NCBI GenBank assembly: GCA_963833555.1
Contig: CAWHYB010000004.1
Coordinates: forward strand, 131,844-195,843
Origin: an uncultured Actinomycetes bacterium
GTDB taxonomy: Bacteria > Actinomycetota > Thermoleophilia > UBA2241
Length of the DNA stretch: 64,000 nt
Reading direction: 5' to 3'
Shown here: positions 49,932 through 60,773 of the stretch, piece by piece
Numbering within the stretch: the first letter of the stretch is position 1
Layout of the letters: each line of letters begins with the position of its first letter
The notes under the pieces: generated by a model
Told to the model about the DNA's origin: nothing
The model's input: only the letters and a program-made list of their open reading frames with translations
Database searches by the model: none
Translations under genes and position numbers: made by a program

Positions 49932-51167
49932 ATGGTCAACAGAGAGAACGGTCTGCCGCCGGCGATCCTCGTCGGCGCGAGTTCTGCCAACGCCGTCTCC
50001 GTCTCGCGGAGTCTCGGGAGACACGGCATCACGGTGTATCTGCTCTGCGGATCCAACGGCGAGTCGCGTCACTCGCGCTATGCCACCCGGCTGGACGGCG
50101 GCGAGACGCCCGACGAGTGGGCCCGCTTCCTGCTCGACGTCCGGTCCGACTGGCTGCGCGGCGCCGTCCTGTTGACCTGTTCAGACGACGCCATCGAGAT
50201 GACCATCAGACAGAGGGAGGCGCTGACCGAGAAGTACGTCCTCGACATCGCGGAGCCGTCGGCGCAGAGCTGCTTCCTCAACAAGCTGTGCACCTACGAG
50301 GCCGCCGTCGAGGCCGGCGTGCTCACCCCGCTGTTCTGGCGGGCCGGCAACCTTGCCGAGGTCGAGGCCCATCGCGACGAGTACGTCTACCCCCTGATGG
50401 TCAAGCCGCTGTTCTCTCACCGGTTCAAGAAGATCTTCTCCGGCAAGTACTTCCTGGCGCACGACTACGGGGACCTGGTCGACGCGTTCCAGAAGGTGCA
50501 TGCCGAGGGCGTCGAGGTGCTGCTGCTCGAGGAGATCCCGGGCGACGACGATCGCCTCTGCAGCATGTACACCTACATCGACGAGGAGGGCACGCCGCTC
50601 TTCGAGTTCACCAAACGCATCCTTCGCCGCCACCCTGAGCGGCAGGGGTTCGGCTGCTACCACATCACCGACTGGAATCCCGAGGTGTTCGAGACCGGCC
50701 TGCGGCTGATCCGGCACGTCGGCCATCGCGGCATCGGCAACGTCGAGTTCAAGAGGGACGTGCGCGACGGCAAGCTCAAGGTCATCGAGTGCAACATCCG
50801 CTTCACGGCGGCCACCGAGATCTTGGTGGCGAGCGGGTACGACCTGCCCTTGTTCGTCTACAGCCGCCTGACCGGCAGGCCGTTCCGGCCACTTCGCGAG
50901 GCGACCTACCGGCGCGGAGTACGGCTGTGGTTCCCGCTGGCCGACGCGCTCGAGTTCGTCGAGCTGCGTCGCCAGGGGAGGCTGACGACCGCCGTCTGGC
51001 TGCGCAGCGTGGCACACCCGCAGGCCCTGCCGTACTTCGCCTGGGACGACCCCCTGCCGTCTCTGGTGATCACGTGGCGGGTCGCGCGGCGCCTGTCGCG
51101 GTCGGGTGCGCGCCGCCTGGCCGAGAAGGCGCGCGCCACCGCGGAGCGACGGGCGCGCGCCGTCTGA
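49932..51167 (+). CDS. ATP-grasp carboxylate-amine ligase (COG3919-like; paralog of 22441..23760)
   Basis: I chose ATG 49932, directly after the upstream stop. NKLCTYEAAVEAGVLTP..YPLMVKPLFSHRF...LLLEEIPGDDDRLCSMYTYI...HRGIGNVEFKRDVRDGKLKVIECNIRF. Confidence 0.75.
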   Translation: MVNRENGLPPAILVGASSANAVSVSRSLGRHGITVYLLCGSNGESRHSRYATRLDGGETPDEWARFLLDVRSDWLRGAVLLTCSDDAIEMTIRQREALTEKYVLDIAEPSAQSCFLNKLCTYEAAVEAGVLTPLFWRAGNLAEVEAHRDEYVYPLMVKPLFSHRFKKIFSGKYFLAHDYGDLVDAFQKVHAEGVEVLLLEEIPGDDDRLCSMYTYIDEEGTPLFEFTKRILRRHPERQGFGCYHITDWNPEVFETGLRLIRHVGHRGIGNVEFKRDVRDGKLKVIECNIRFTAATEILVASGYDLPLFVYSRLTGRPFRPLREATYRRGVRLWFPLADALEFVELRRQGRLTTAVWLRSVAHPQALPYFAWDDPLPSLVITWRVARRLSRSGARRLAEKARATAERRARAV

Positions 51168-51215
51168 CGGGCGGCGCGCGTTTGATGGAGCCGACGGCGC
51201 CGGCGAGGAGGGCCG

Positions 51216-52271
51216 ATGTCTGAGGACGAGATTCAGGTCGATGCGGCGGTCCTGAAGGCGTACGTCGCGGCCCTGTACGGGCGGGTCGGCATGGCCGCCG
51301 CCGACGCCGAGTACTGCGCCGAGTGTCTCGTGCAGACCGAACTGTGGGGCAAGAGCTCGCACGGCGTCATGCGCGTCCCTCACTACCTGGCCCGCATCAG
51401 GAGTGGTGCGGTCAACCCGCGTCCCGCGACGCGGCTCCTGCGCGGCAACGGGGCCTTCCAGGTGATGGACGGCGACAACGGCCAGGGTTTTCTCGTCGGT
51501 CGGGACGCCATGTCGCACGCGGTCGCACTGGCCGGCGAGCACGGCGCGGGCGTGGTGGGCGTCGTGCACAGCAGCCACTTCGGTGCGGCGGGGTTGTACG
51601 CGCGCCTGGCGGTCGACCGGGGCATGGCCGGCATCGTCATGACGAACACGGCGCCCAAGGTGGTCGCCCCCGGCGGCACCAGGCCGATCACCGGCAGCAA
51701 TCCCATCGCGATCGGGGTGCCGAGCTACGGGGAGTTTCCGTTTCTCCTCGACCTGTCCCTGTCCACCGTCGCCGGCGGCAAGCTCCTGCTCGCTCGCGAG
51801 AGGGGCGAGAAGATCCCCCTCGGCTGGGCGGTGGACGAGGACGGCGAGCCGACCGACGACCCGGCCACGGCTTTCGCCGGCTACTGGCTCCCCGCCGGAG
51901 GCGTCAAGGGTCTCGGCCTGTCCTACGCCGTCGACGTGCTCTGCGGCGTGATCACCGGGGCCGCCTTTGGGCTGGGCATGCACAGCCAATATGGACAGGC
52001 GGACGAGCCCAGTGGCACGGGCCACCTGATGATCGCCCTGCGTCTCGAGGCCATCATCGACCGCGACGAGCTCAGAGAGAGGATGGGTGCGTTCATCGCC
52101 GCCATTAAGACATCGCCGCTGCGCGACGACGCCGCCGAGATGTTGGTGCCGGGAGAGTCGGCCGACCGCTGCCGGCGGGCGCGCCTACGCGGGGGCATCC
52201 CGCTGCCCGCCGGTCTCCACCGCGAGCTGCTCGCCCTGGGGAGGGAGCTCGCGGTCGACGCTCGTCTGTGA
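51216..52271 (+). CDS. Ldh_2-family NAD(P)H oxidoreductase (malate/L-lactate/sulfolactate dehydrogenase type 2)
   Basis: WGKSSHGVMRVPHYLARIRSGAVNP...GDNGQGFLVG...VVHSSHFGAAGLYA...TNTAPKVVAPGGTRPITGSNPIAIGVP...STVAGGKLLLA. Confidence 0.82.
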   Translation: MSEDEIQVDAAVLKAYVAALYGRVGMAAADAEYCAECLVQTELWGKSSHGVMRVPHYLARIRSGAVNPRPATRLLRGNGAFQVMDGDNGQGFLVGRDAMSHAVALAGEHGAGVVGVVHSSHFGAAGLYARLAVDRGMAGIVMTNTAPKVVAPGGTRPITGSNPIAIGVPSYGEFPFLLDLSLSTVAGGKLLLARERGEKIPLGWAVDEDGEPTDDPATAFAGYWLPAGGVKGLGLSYAVDVLCGVITGAAFGLGMHSQYGQADEPSGTGHLMIALRLEAIIDRDELRERMGAFIAAIKTSPLRDDAAEMLVPGESADRCRRARLRGGIPLPAGLHRELLALGRELAVDARL

Positions 52272-52441
52272 CCCTGCGATGATGGCACTGGGCGCCGAGC
52301 CCAGCTGGTGGGCGGCGAAGCCGTAGCCGCCCGAGGCGACACTCGGCGGGCCGCACGGCGCGGCGTAGTACCATGCGCGGTACCATCCAGCCGCGACCGC
52401 GGCGCAGGCGTGGTCGGGCACCTGTAGTGGGGGAGGCTCAA

Positions 52442-53401
52442 GTGGGGGATTTGTACCTGGTCACCGGAGGCGCCGGCTTCATCGGCTCGCACGTGGTCGC
52501 CGAGCTGCTGCGCGCGCGGCCACGGCGTGCGCATCCTCGACAACTTCTCGACCGGTCGCCGCGGACAACCTGGCGCTCGTGGACGGCGACGTCGAGGTCT
52601 TCGAGGGCGACATGCGCAGCTACGAGCGCGCCCACAACGCCGTCAAAGGCGGCGGACATCGTGATCCACCTCGCGGCGCTGCCCTCGGTGCCGCGCTCGG
52701 TGCAGGATCCGCTGACCACCAACGAAGCCAACGTCACGGGCACGCTCAACGTGCTGCTCGCGGCGCGCGACAACGATGTGCGCCGCGTCGTCCTGGCCTC
52801 GTCGTCGTCGATCTACGGCGCCAACGACGCCATGCCCAAGACGCGAGGACCTGGTGCCGCAGCCCATCTCGCCGTACGCGGTGTCCAAGCTCGCGGCCGA
52901 GCAGTACGCGCGCGCCTTCGCCACCGTCTACGGCCTCGAGACCGTGTCGCTGCGCTACTTCAACGTGTTCGGTCCGCGCCAGGACCCGACCTCGCAGTAC
53001 AGCGGCGTGGTGCCGCGCTTCATGCGGCTCGCCCTCCAGGGCGGGCGGCCGGTCGTGTTCGGCGACGGCGTTGCAGTCGCGCGACTTCACCTACGTCGCC
53101 AACGTCGTCGACGCGACGCTCAGCGCGGCCACGGCGCCGAACGCCGCGGGCCGCATCTGCAACATCGGCTGCCGGCGATCCCAAGACGGTGCTCGATCTC
53201 ATCGCCGCGGTGAGCCGGGTGTCGGGCCGCGAGCTCGAGCCCGAGTTCGCGGCGCCGCGGCCCGGCGACGTGAAGCACTCGTACGCGGACATCTCCCTGG
53301 CCCGTCGGCTGCTTGGCTACGAGCCGGTGGTCGGCTTCGACGAGGGCATCGCGCGCACGTTCGAGTGGCTCGCGCAGGACTTGCCCGACCGGGCTGCCTG
53401 A
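52442..53401 (+). pseudogene. UDP-glucose/UDP-GlcNAc 4-epimerase-like SDR, multiple frameshifts
   Basis: [117 protein letters not shown]. Confidence 0.85.
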
Positions 53402-53422
53402 AGGCGCGGGACTGGCGGTCGC

Positions 53423-54439
53423 ATGCGCATCGTCGTCACCGTCGACACCGAAGCCGACGGCCAGTGGGAGCACGGGCGGCCGCTGACGACCGCCAACGTC
53501 GCCGGCCTGGCCGCCGTTCCAGGAGCTGTGCCGGCGACACGGGGCGCCGCCGACCTACCTCGTCACCAGCGAGATCGCGGTCGATCCGCGGGCCGTCTCG
53601 TTCCTGCGGCCGACTGGCGTTGGCCGATGAGGCCGAGGTCGGCGCCCACCTGCACCCGTGGACGACGCCGCCCTTCGCCGACGCTGCCGGGCTGCGCGAG
53701 AACGATCCGCGGCACGTCTATCCCTGCGACCTCGAGCCCGGACCTGCTGCGAGCGAAGCTGGAGACGCTCACAGCCCAGGTCACGCGTGGTCGCCGGCGT
53801 CCCGCCCGCGTCGTATCGGGCGGGCCGCTTCGGGGTGGACGCCGCCGGTGCGCGGCGTCCTGACCGAGCTCGGCTACGAAGTCGACTCGTCGGTCACTCC
53901 TTGCGTCAGCTGGGCTGCGCATCCGGGGCGCCCCGGTGGTGGTGGCGGCCCCGACTTCCGCCGGCACGACCGCGCACCCGTTCCGGATCGCTGGCACCGG
54001 CACGCCCGGTCTGATCGAGCTGCCGGTGACGATCATGCCGACGTACGCCTGCACCCGTCGCGTGCCCGGGCTGCGCGACCACTGGCAGGCGTGGCCGTTG
54101 CGCGGCGCGCGCGCCGGCTGTCGGGGATCTGGCCGCGGCCGCAGCCCCTCTGGCTGCGGCCGCGGCCGGAGTACGCGTCTCGGCGACCTGCAGGCGCTTC
54201 TCGTCGAGGCCGAGCGCGGCGGCTGCCGTGCGCGTCCTCATGTTCCACTCCAGCGAGCTTCTTGCCGGGCGCCAGCCCCTACCGGGCGACCAGCGAAGAC
54301 GTCGTCGACGCCCTCCTGGCGCTTGCTCGACGGCCTGTTCGCCTGGGCGCGGGACCGCGGTCACGGGTTCGCCACCTTGACCGACGGCCGGGCCGGGCTC
54401 TGGCCGCCGACGGACCGTCTTCCGGTGGCGGAGCTGTGA
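53423..54439 (+). pseudogene. Polysaccharide-deacetylase-like (WalW/CE4-like) protein, multiple frameshifts
   Basis: MRIVVTVDTEADGQWEHG; GAHLHPWTTPPF; YRAGRFGVDAAG..VLTELGYEVDSSVTP; LIELPVTIMP; MFHSSELLPGASPY. The family assignment is tentative. Confidence 0.5.
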
Positions 54440-55529
54440 ACGACGTGCGCCTCCTCATGCTCAAGGAAGCCCTGCCGACGGGCGGCGCCGAGCGCCAGCT
54501 CGCGCTCGATCGTCAAGTACCTTCCCGAGCGCTGGGAGACGCGGGTGTGGCTGATGGGCGGCGGACCGTTCGTCGACGTGATCGCCGCCGACGGCCACCG
54601 GGTCGACGTGCATGCCCGCCGGGCGCGCTTCGACGTGACGGCCGGCGGCGTCGCTGCAGCGTCTCCTGCTGTCGTGGCGCCCGCACCTGGTCCACTCATG
54701 GGACTGGATGTCGACGTTCGCGGCTCTTCCGGTCTGCCGTCTGTTGGGCATCCCCATCGTCGATGCGACCATCCGCAACGGCATCGTCGGGCGCAAGGGC
54801 GCGCGGCAACGGCGGCTCAGCCACGGCGGTGTCGAGGCTGGTCGTGGCAAACAGCCGCGCCGGGCTGCTCGCCTGGGGGGTCGACCCGCGCAAGGGACGC
54901 GTCGTCTACAACGCCTTCGATCCCGACCGGCTCGACGCGGCCGGCTCGTCCGAGCGGTCCGCTCGCGTCGACGGCGCGACGACCGTCGTCATGACGGGGC
55001 GCATGGTTGCCGACAAGGACTTCTCGACCGTGATCGCAGCCGCCCGGCTGCTCGACCGTGAGCGTCCGGGGCGTTGGCGCTTCGTGCTGCTCGGTCACGG
55101 TCCCGACCGGCGCCGTCTGGTCGACGAAGCCGGGCGAGCTCGGAACCCGCCAGGTCGTGACATTCGTCGGACCCAGAGCTCGAGGTGCTGCCGCTGGTCC
55201 GACAGGCTGACATCGGCGTTCTCATGACCAACGAGGCGCTCCATCGCGAGGGGTGCTCCAACGCCATCATGGAGTACATGAGCTGCGGCCTGCCCGTCGT
55301 GTGCAGTGTGGGCGGCGGCAACCCGGAGCTCGTGCTCGACGGCGAGACGGGCCACCTCGTCCCGTGGGGAGAAGCGGCGGCCCTCGCCGAAGCCCTTTCC
55401 TTCCTGGCCGATCACCCCGAGACCGCGCGCCGCTTCGGCGAGGCCGGCCGCCGCCGCGTACTCGCCGACTTCAGCGTCGAGCGGCTCGTGACAGAGACGG
55501 AAAGCGTGTACAGGGAAGCGCTGTCGTGA
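54436..55529 (+). pseudogene. GT4-family glycosyltransferase, frameshifted
   Basis: VNDVRLLMLKEALPTGGAERQL; VVMTGRMVADKDFSTVIAAARLL; LMTNEALHREGCSNAIMEYMSCGLPVVCSVGGGNPELVLDGETGHLV. Confidence 0.8.
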
Positions 55530-56856
55530 GGATCTGCGCTCGTCAACTACCGATACTTCGTCTCGAGCGGGCCCGAGCGCTACCTGTTCGACGTCAAGCG
55601 CCTGTTCGAGGCCCGCGGGCACGAGGTGGTCCCCTTCTCGGTGCGCTACCAGCGGAACGAGCCGTCTCCTTGGGAGCGCTACTTCGTGTCTCCGATCGCC
55701 GGCGACGACGAGGTCATGTTCCGGCAACACTCCTGGTCCGTCGCCGCGCTCCGGCGGGCGCTCGAGCGAGCCTTCTACTCGCGTGAGGTCTACCGTGCCC
55801 TGTCGGCGGAGCTCGACGACAGCCGGCCGGCGGTCGCCTACGTCCTCCACTACCTGCGCAAGCTCTCGCCGGCCGTGCTCGCCGCGCTGCACGATCGCGG
55901 GGTGCCGATCGTCGTGCGCCTGTCGGACTTCGCGATGGTCTGTCCTCAGCAGCACCTGTTCCGCGACGGACACGTGTGCGAGCTCTGCGTGGGCAGGCGG
56001 CCCTTGCCCAGCGTGCGCTATCGCTGCGTGCAGGACTCCTACGGCGCGTCGACCGTGAACTTCCTCGCCGTCGAATACCACCGACACAGACGCTTCTTCG
56101 ACCTCGTCGACGTCTTCGTCGCGCCCAGCGAGATCATGCGGCAGAAGATGGTCGAGGGCGGTCTGCCGGCCGCGAAGATCCGGCGTGCTCCCCACGTTCG
56201 TCAGGGCGCGTCCATCGCCCTCGTGCACGCGCCGGGCGCGGCGCATCTGCTACGTCGGCCGCATCGAGCGCATCAAGGGCGTCGACGTGCTGCTCGACGC
56301 CGTCGAGCTGCTGCGGCGCGGAGGCGTCGGCCACGACGTCGAGCTGGTGATCGCCGGCGACATGTCGACGCCGACGGGCGAGGCCATCCGCGCGCGGCTG
56401 CGGGAGCGACCGATCGCCGGCGTGACCCTGCGCGGCCAGCTCGACGAGGCCGCCGTCATCGAGCTCCTCCAGAGCTCGCTGGTCTCGGTCGTGCCGTCGC
56501 TCTGGTACGAGAACATGCCCAACTCCCTGCTCGAGAGCCTCGCCTGCGGCACGCCGGTGATCGCCTCGGACCTCGGCTCGATGCACGACACTCCTCCACG
56601 GGACCGGAGCCGGGCTGCTGTTCCGGGCCGGCGACCCGGTCGCCCTCGCCGATGCCCTGCGGACCGCGCTCGCCGAACCCTGCGCCGAGACCATGGGAGA
56701 GCGCGCGCTGACGCTCTCGAGGAGCGTCACGACCCCGACAGGCACGTCGACGCGCTCGTCGAGCTGCTCGGGTCGCGTGGCAAGTCCGTATCGAACGACG
56801 CCGTAGCCACAGGCGGCTTCGGAGCCTGCCGCCCGTTCGAGTCGTCCCTGGTGTAG
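55526..56856 (+). pseudogene. GT4-family glycosyltransferase, frameshifted; the 3' end is uncertain and overlaps the convergent kinase gene
   Basis: VNYRYFVSSGPERYLFDVKRLFEARGHEVVPFSV; ICYVGRIERIKGVDVLLDAVELL; SLWYENMPNSLLESLACGTPVIASDLGSM. Confidence 0.75.
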
Positions 56857-58436
56857 TAGTGGTAGCGCTCGGCCTTGCCGGCGGTCTGTCCATGACGGTG
56901 ACCACGCCGAGCTTGGTCGGGAGGCAGCGGCTCGAGAAAGTCGCGGGCCTCCTCGAGGGTCGGCTTGTTGATCATCTTCATGTTGACGAGCAGCACGATG
57001 GCGTCGACCACGCCGGCCAGCGCCGCCGCGTCGCCCGACCGCGAGGAAGGCGGGGGAGTCGACGAGCACGTAGTCGAAGCCCTTGCCGCGAGCTCGCGGA
57101 TGAGCGTGCGCGAACCGCCTCGAGGCGACCATCTCGCCGGGGTTGGGCGGGATCGGCCCGGAGGTCAGCAGCGTCAGTCGCGGCAGCGCTGTCTGCGTCG
57201 ACCGGCTGGGGCCCGTCGCCGTTGCCGCGGACGGTGACCACCTGGGGCCGCTGAGGTCGTAGGTCTGCAGCGCGTCGTCCAGGCTGCAAAAGCCGGCGAT
57301 CACCGACGACACGCCGCGCGTGTTGCGGATGCCGAAGATCGAGTGCACGCGCGGCCGCCGCAGGTCGGCGTCGACCAGCGCGACGTGCTTGCCGGCCAGC
57401 GCCAGCGAGGCGGCCAGGTTGGCCGTCACCAGGCTCTTGCCCTCGCCCTTCTGGGCGCTCATCACCATGAGCACGCGGTTCTCCTCGCCGAGCGAGGCGA
57501 ACTGCAGGTTGCTGCGCAGCACACGGATCGACTCGGCGGCGCGTCCGTCGGCCTCGCTCATGACCACGAGCGAGCCCTTGGCCAGCGCCTCGACGGGGAT
57601 GTGCGCCACGCGTCCGATCGACCGGCAGCCCATGATCTCGCCGACCTCGCGATGGTCGTGCAGGCGGGTGTCGAGCTTCTCGCGCAGGAACGCCAGGCCG
57701 ACCCCAAGCACGAGGCCCAGGATGACGCCGATGGCGGCCGACGGCGCGGCTTGGGCGAGAAGGGCGCACCCCGGCGGATACGCCGGCACGGCCAGCGCGA
57801 AGTCGCCCGGTCGAGGTGGCCGCCAGGATCTGCAGGTCGTTGAGACGCTCGGTGAGCAGGACGTAGTCGGACGAGGCCTTCTGCGCCGGGCGTCGACGTA
57901 CTGCTTGAGCTTCGCGGCGATGACCGCTTGGCGGCCGCAGTGAGCCGGGCGCGATCGCTCTGCATGCGGTAGTCGACGAACTCGGTCGCGTAGGCGTTGG
58001 CCAGGCGCGCCGCCCAGCGCGGGTCGGTGGAGTCGACGGTGACCGCGACGCCGTTGTCGATGGGGATGCTGGCCTGGGCGTCGGAGGTGGTGATGGCGGC
58101 CGACACCGAGTAGCCAGGCAATGCGGACGGGTTTCCCAGCTGAGTCATCACGCGCTGCTCGATCAGCGGGCCCGGTGATGATCGTGACCGCGCTCTGCAT
58201 CTGGAGCTCCTGGGCGTTGGGGTCGATGGAGCCCTGGTTCAGCGGGTTGTTGACGTCGAGCTGCGGGCACGTACAGCAGCTGGGCCGTGGCTTCGTACAT
58301 GGGCGTCTTGGAGGCAGAGTACGCGTAGGCGGCTCCGCCGAGGGCGATGCGTGAGCACGGCGATGAGCAGGATGTGCCGCCGTACCACCGTCAGGTAGCG
58401 CCGCACGTCGACTCCCGCTGGTCCCTGGTCTGCCAC
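56727..58436 (-). pseudogene. Polysaccharide co-polymerase (Wzz domain) fused to a BY-type tyrosine autokinase, frameshifted; the 3' end is uncertain
   Basis: RRYLTVVRRHILLIAVL is the N-terminal TM. VLMVMSAQKGEGKSLVTANLAASLALAGKHVALVDADLRRP carries Walker A and A'. FDYVLVDSPAFLAVGDA carries Walker B. The C-terminal Tyr cluster is ERYHYYT. Confidence 0.82.
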
Positions 58437-58560
58437 CCTTCGGCCTCCCGTTGACGTTCCGTCATCCTAACGTCGGCACCTACTTGCCCACAACCCAGTG
58501 AGAACCAACTATTGTCATCGCTTCCGCCCGCTACACCGACCTCGCCGCACTCCCAAATGC

Positions 58561-58590
58561 TTGTCAACGCGTCGCTGCAGCCATCACAAT
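58561..58590 (+). promoter_or_regulatory. Candidate promoter for the 58631 radical-SAM gene
   Basis: TTGTCA (58561-66), 18-nt spacer, CACAAT (58585-90). The RBS GAAGGAGGG lies just before GTG 58631. Confidence 0.35.
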
Positions 58591-58630
58591 CGAACGAGTC
58601 GGCCCGGAGCCCTGGACCGAAGGAGGGATT

Positions 58631-59660
58631 GTGGACGGTCTGATCGCGGTGACCTATCGGTGCAACGCGCACTGCGTGATGTGCAACACGTGGCAGCATC
58701 CGAGCGAGCCGGAAGACGAGATCACCGCCGCCGACCTCGCCTCGCTGCCCAGGCTCGAGTTCGCCAACATCACCGGCGGCGAGCCGTTCCTGCGCGACGA
58801 CATCGCCGACATCGTCGACGTCGTCGCGACGAAGGCCAAGCGCGTCGTCGTCAGCACGAACGGCTACTTCACCGACCGCGTCGTCGCTCTCGCGAAGCCG
58901 CTTCCCGCAGCTCGGGCGTCCGCGTCAGCCTCGAGGGCCTGCCGGCGGCGAACGACGAGCTGCGCGGGCTGCGCGACGGGTTCGACCACGGGCTGCGCAC
59001 GCTGCTGCAGCTGCGCGCTCGCGGCGTCAAGGACATCGGCTTCGGCATCACGCTCTGCGACCGCAACGCCGACGACCTCCTGCGAGCTCTACGAGCTGGC
59101 CGACGCCATGGGCGTGGAGTTCGCCACGGCAGCCGTCCACAACGCCTACTACTTCCACAAGTACGACAACGGGTTCGAGCGAGCCCGAACGCGTCGGCCG
59201 GCAAGCTCGAAGAGCTTGCCGGCCACCTGCTGCGCACGCGGACGACCCAAGAACTGGTTCCGCGCCTGGTTCAACATGGGGCTGGCCAACTACGTCCGCG
59301 GCGGCGACCGCCTGCTGCCGTGCGGCGTGGCAGACGATCTGTTCTTCGTCGACCCGTTCGGCGAGGTGCGGCCCTGCAACGCCATGGAGGAGACGATGGG
59401 CTCGCTGAAGCGAGCAGCCCTTCGAGGAGATCTGGGCGAGCCCGAAGCGCAGCGGGTCAGGGCCAGGTGTCCGCTCGTGCGACCGCAACTGCTGGATGAT
59501 CGGGTCGGTCGCGCCGGCGATGAAGCGCGACGTGCGGGTCCCGGCCGCGTGGGTCCTGCGCGCCAAGCTGACCGGGACGCTGCCGCCGGTGGGCCACGCC
59601 GCCGTCGGCCACAGTCGCCCCGCCGGCCGCGCGGCGGCGGCCGGCGACGGCAGCGAGTGA
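58631..59660 (+). pseudogene. Radical SAM enzyme with a Cys-rich SPASM/twitch-like C-terminus, frameshifted
   Basis: MDGLIAVTYRCNAHCVMCNTW (CX3CX2C), ITGGEPFLRDDI, VVVSTNGYF. The C-terminal part reads LLPCGVADDLFFVDPFGEVRPCNAM...CDRNCWM. Confidence 0.75.
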
Positions 59661-60773
59661 AGGTCGCCTACATCGGCCAGAAGGGCCTGCCCGCGACCTA
59701 CGGCGGCGTCGAACGCCACGTCGAAGAGCTGGCGGCGAGGGTCGCGGCCCGGGGGCACCACGTCCTCGTGTACAACCGGGCGCACTACAACCCGTCGGCC
59801 CCCAGGCGGTATCGGGGGGTCGAAGTCGTGACCCTCCCGTCGGTCGCGACCAAGCACCTCGATGCCATCACCCACGTAGTCGTTGTGCACCGCTCACGCC
59901 CTGCGCCAGCGGGCGGACGTCGTCCACTACCACGCCGTCGGTCCCGCGCTGCTGTCGTGGGTCCCGGCTCTCGCGGGCGTCTCCGCGGTGGCCACCGTGC
60001 ACGGTCGTGACTGGCAGCGGCCCAAGTGGGGCGGCGTCGCGACCCTGGCGCTCCGGGCGGGGGAGTGGGTGTCGATGCATGCGCCCGATGAGACGGTCGC
60101 GGTCTCGCGCTCGCTGGCCGACGAGCTGTCGAGCACGTACCGCCGCGCCGTCCACTACATCCCCAACGGCATCACCCTGGAGGCGGACGAGGACCTCGGC
60201 GTCCTGGCCGAGTTCAGTCTCGAACGAGGACGGTACGTCCTGTTCGCCTCGCGCCTCGTGCCCGAGAAGGGGGCGCACTACCTCGTCGAGGCGTGGGAGC
60301 GTCTCGAGACCGGCATGAAGCTGGTTTTGGCGGGCGATTCCAGCTTCAGCGCCGACTATGTGCGGTCCCTGCGGAAGGCGTGCCGGCGGGAGGACGTCAT
60401 CTTCGCCGGGTACATCTTCGGTCCCCGGCTGGCGACGCTGTACCGCGAGGCCGCGCTCTTCGTGCTGCCGTCGGACGTGGAGGGCCTGCCGATCGTGCTC
60501 CTCGAGGCCCTGGGATACGGCACCCCGGTGCTTGCCAGCGACATCGCCCCGAACCGCGAGGTGCTGGACGGCCGGGGGCGTACCTTCAGCGCCGGGGACG
60601 CGCGGGATCTGGGCCGGCAGCTCAAAGCTGCCCTCAATGAGCTGCCGGCGCTTCGCGACGAGGCGAGCGAGGCTGCGTCGGCGATCAGGAGGGTCTACGA
60701 TTGGGAGACCATCGCCGATCAGACGATCGCGCTTTACAAGGCGGCTCTCGACGACCGGGGGCGCCACGACTGA
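59657..60773 (+). pseudogene. GT4-family glycosyltransferase, one frameshift near 59880
   Basis: GTGA overlap. VKVAYIGQKGLPATYGGVERHVEELAARVAARGHHVLVY; VVHYHAVGPALL; FVLPSDVEGLPIVLLEALGYGTPVLASDIAPNREVL. Confidence 0.82.

Noticed and set aside
56727-56856. About 130-nt convergent overlap between the 55526 glycosyltransferase and the BY-kinase gene.
   Set aside because: Both 3' ends are in frameshift-dense sequence where the true stop codons cannot be fixed. The overlap is probably an artefact of following the wrong frame to the next stop.
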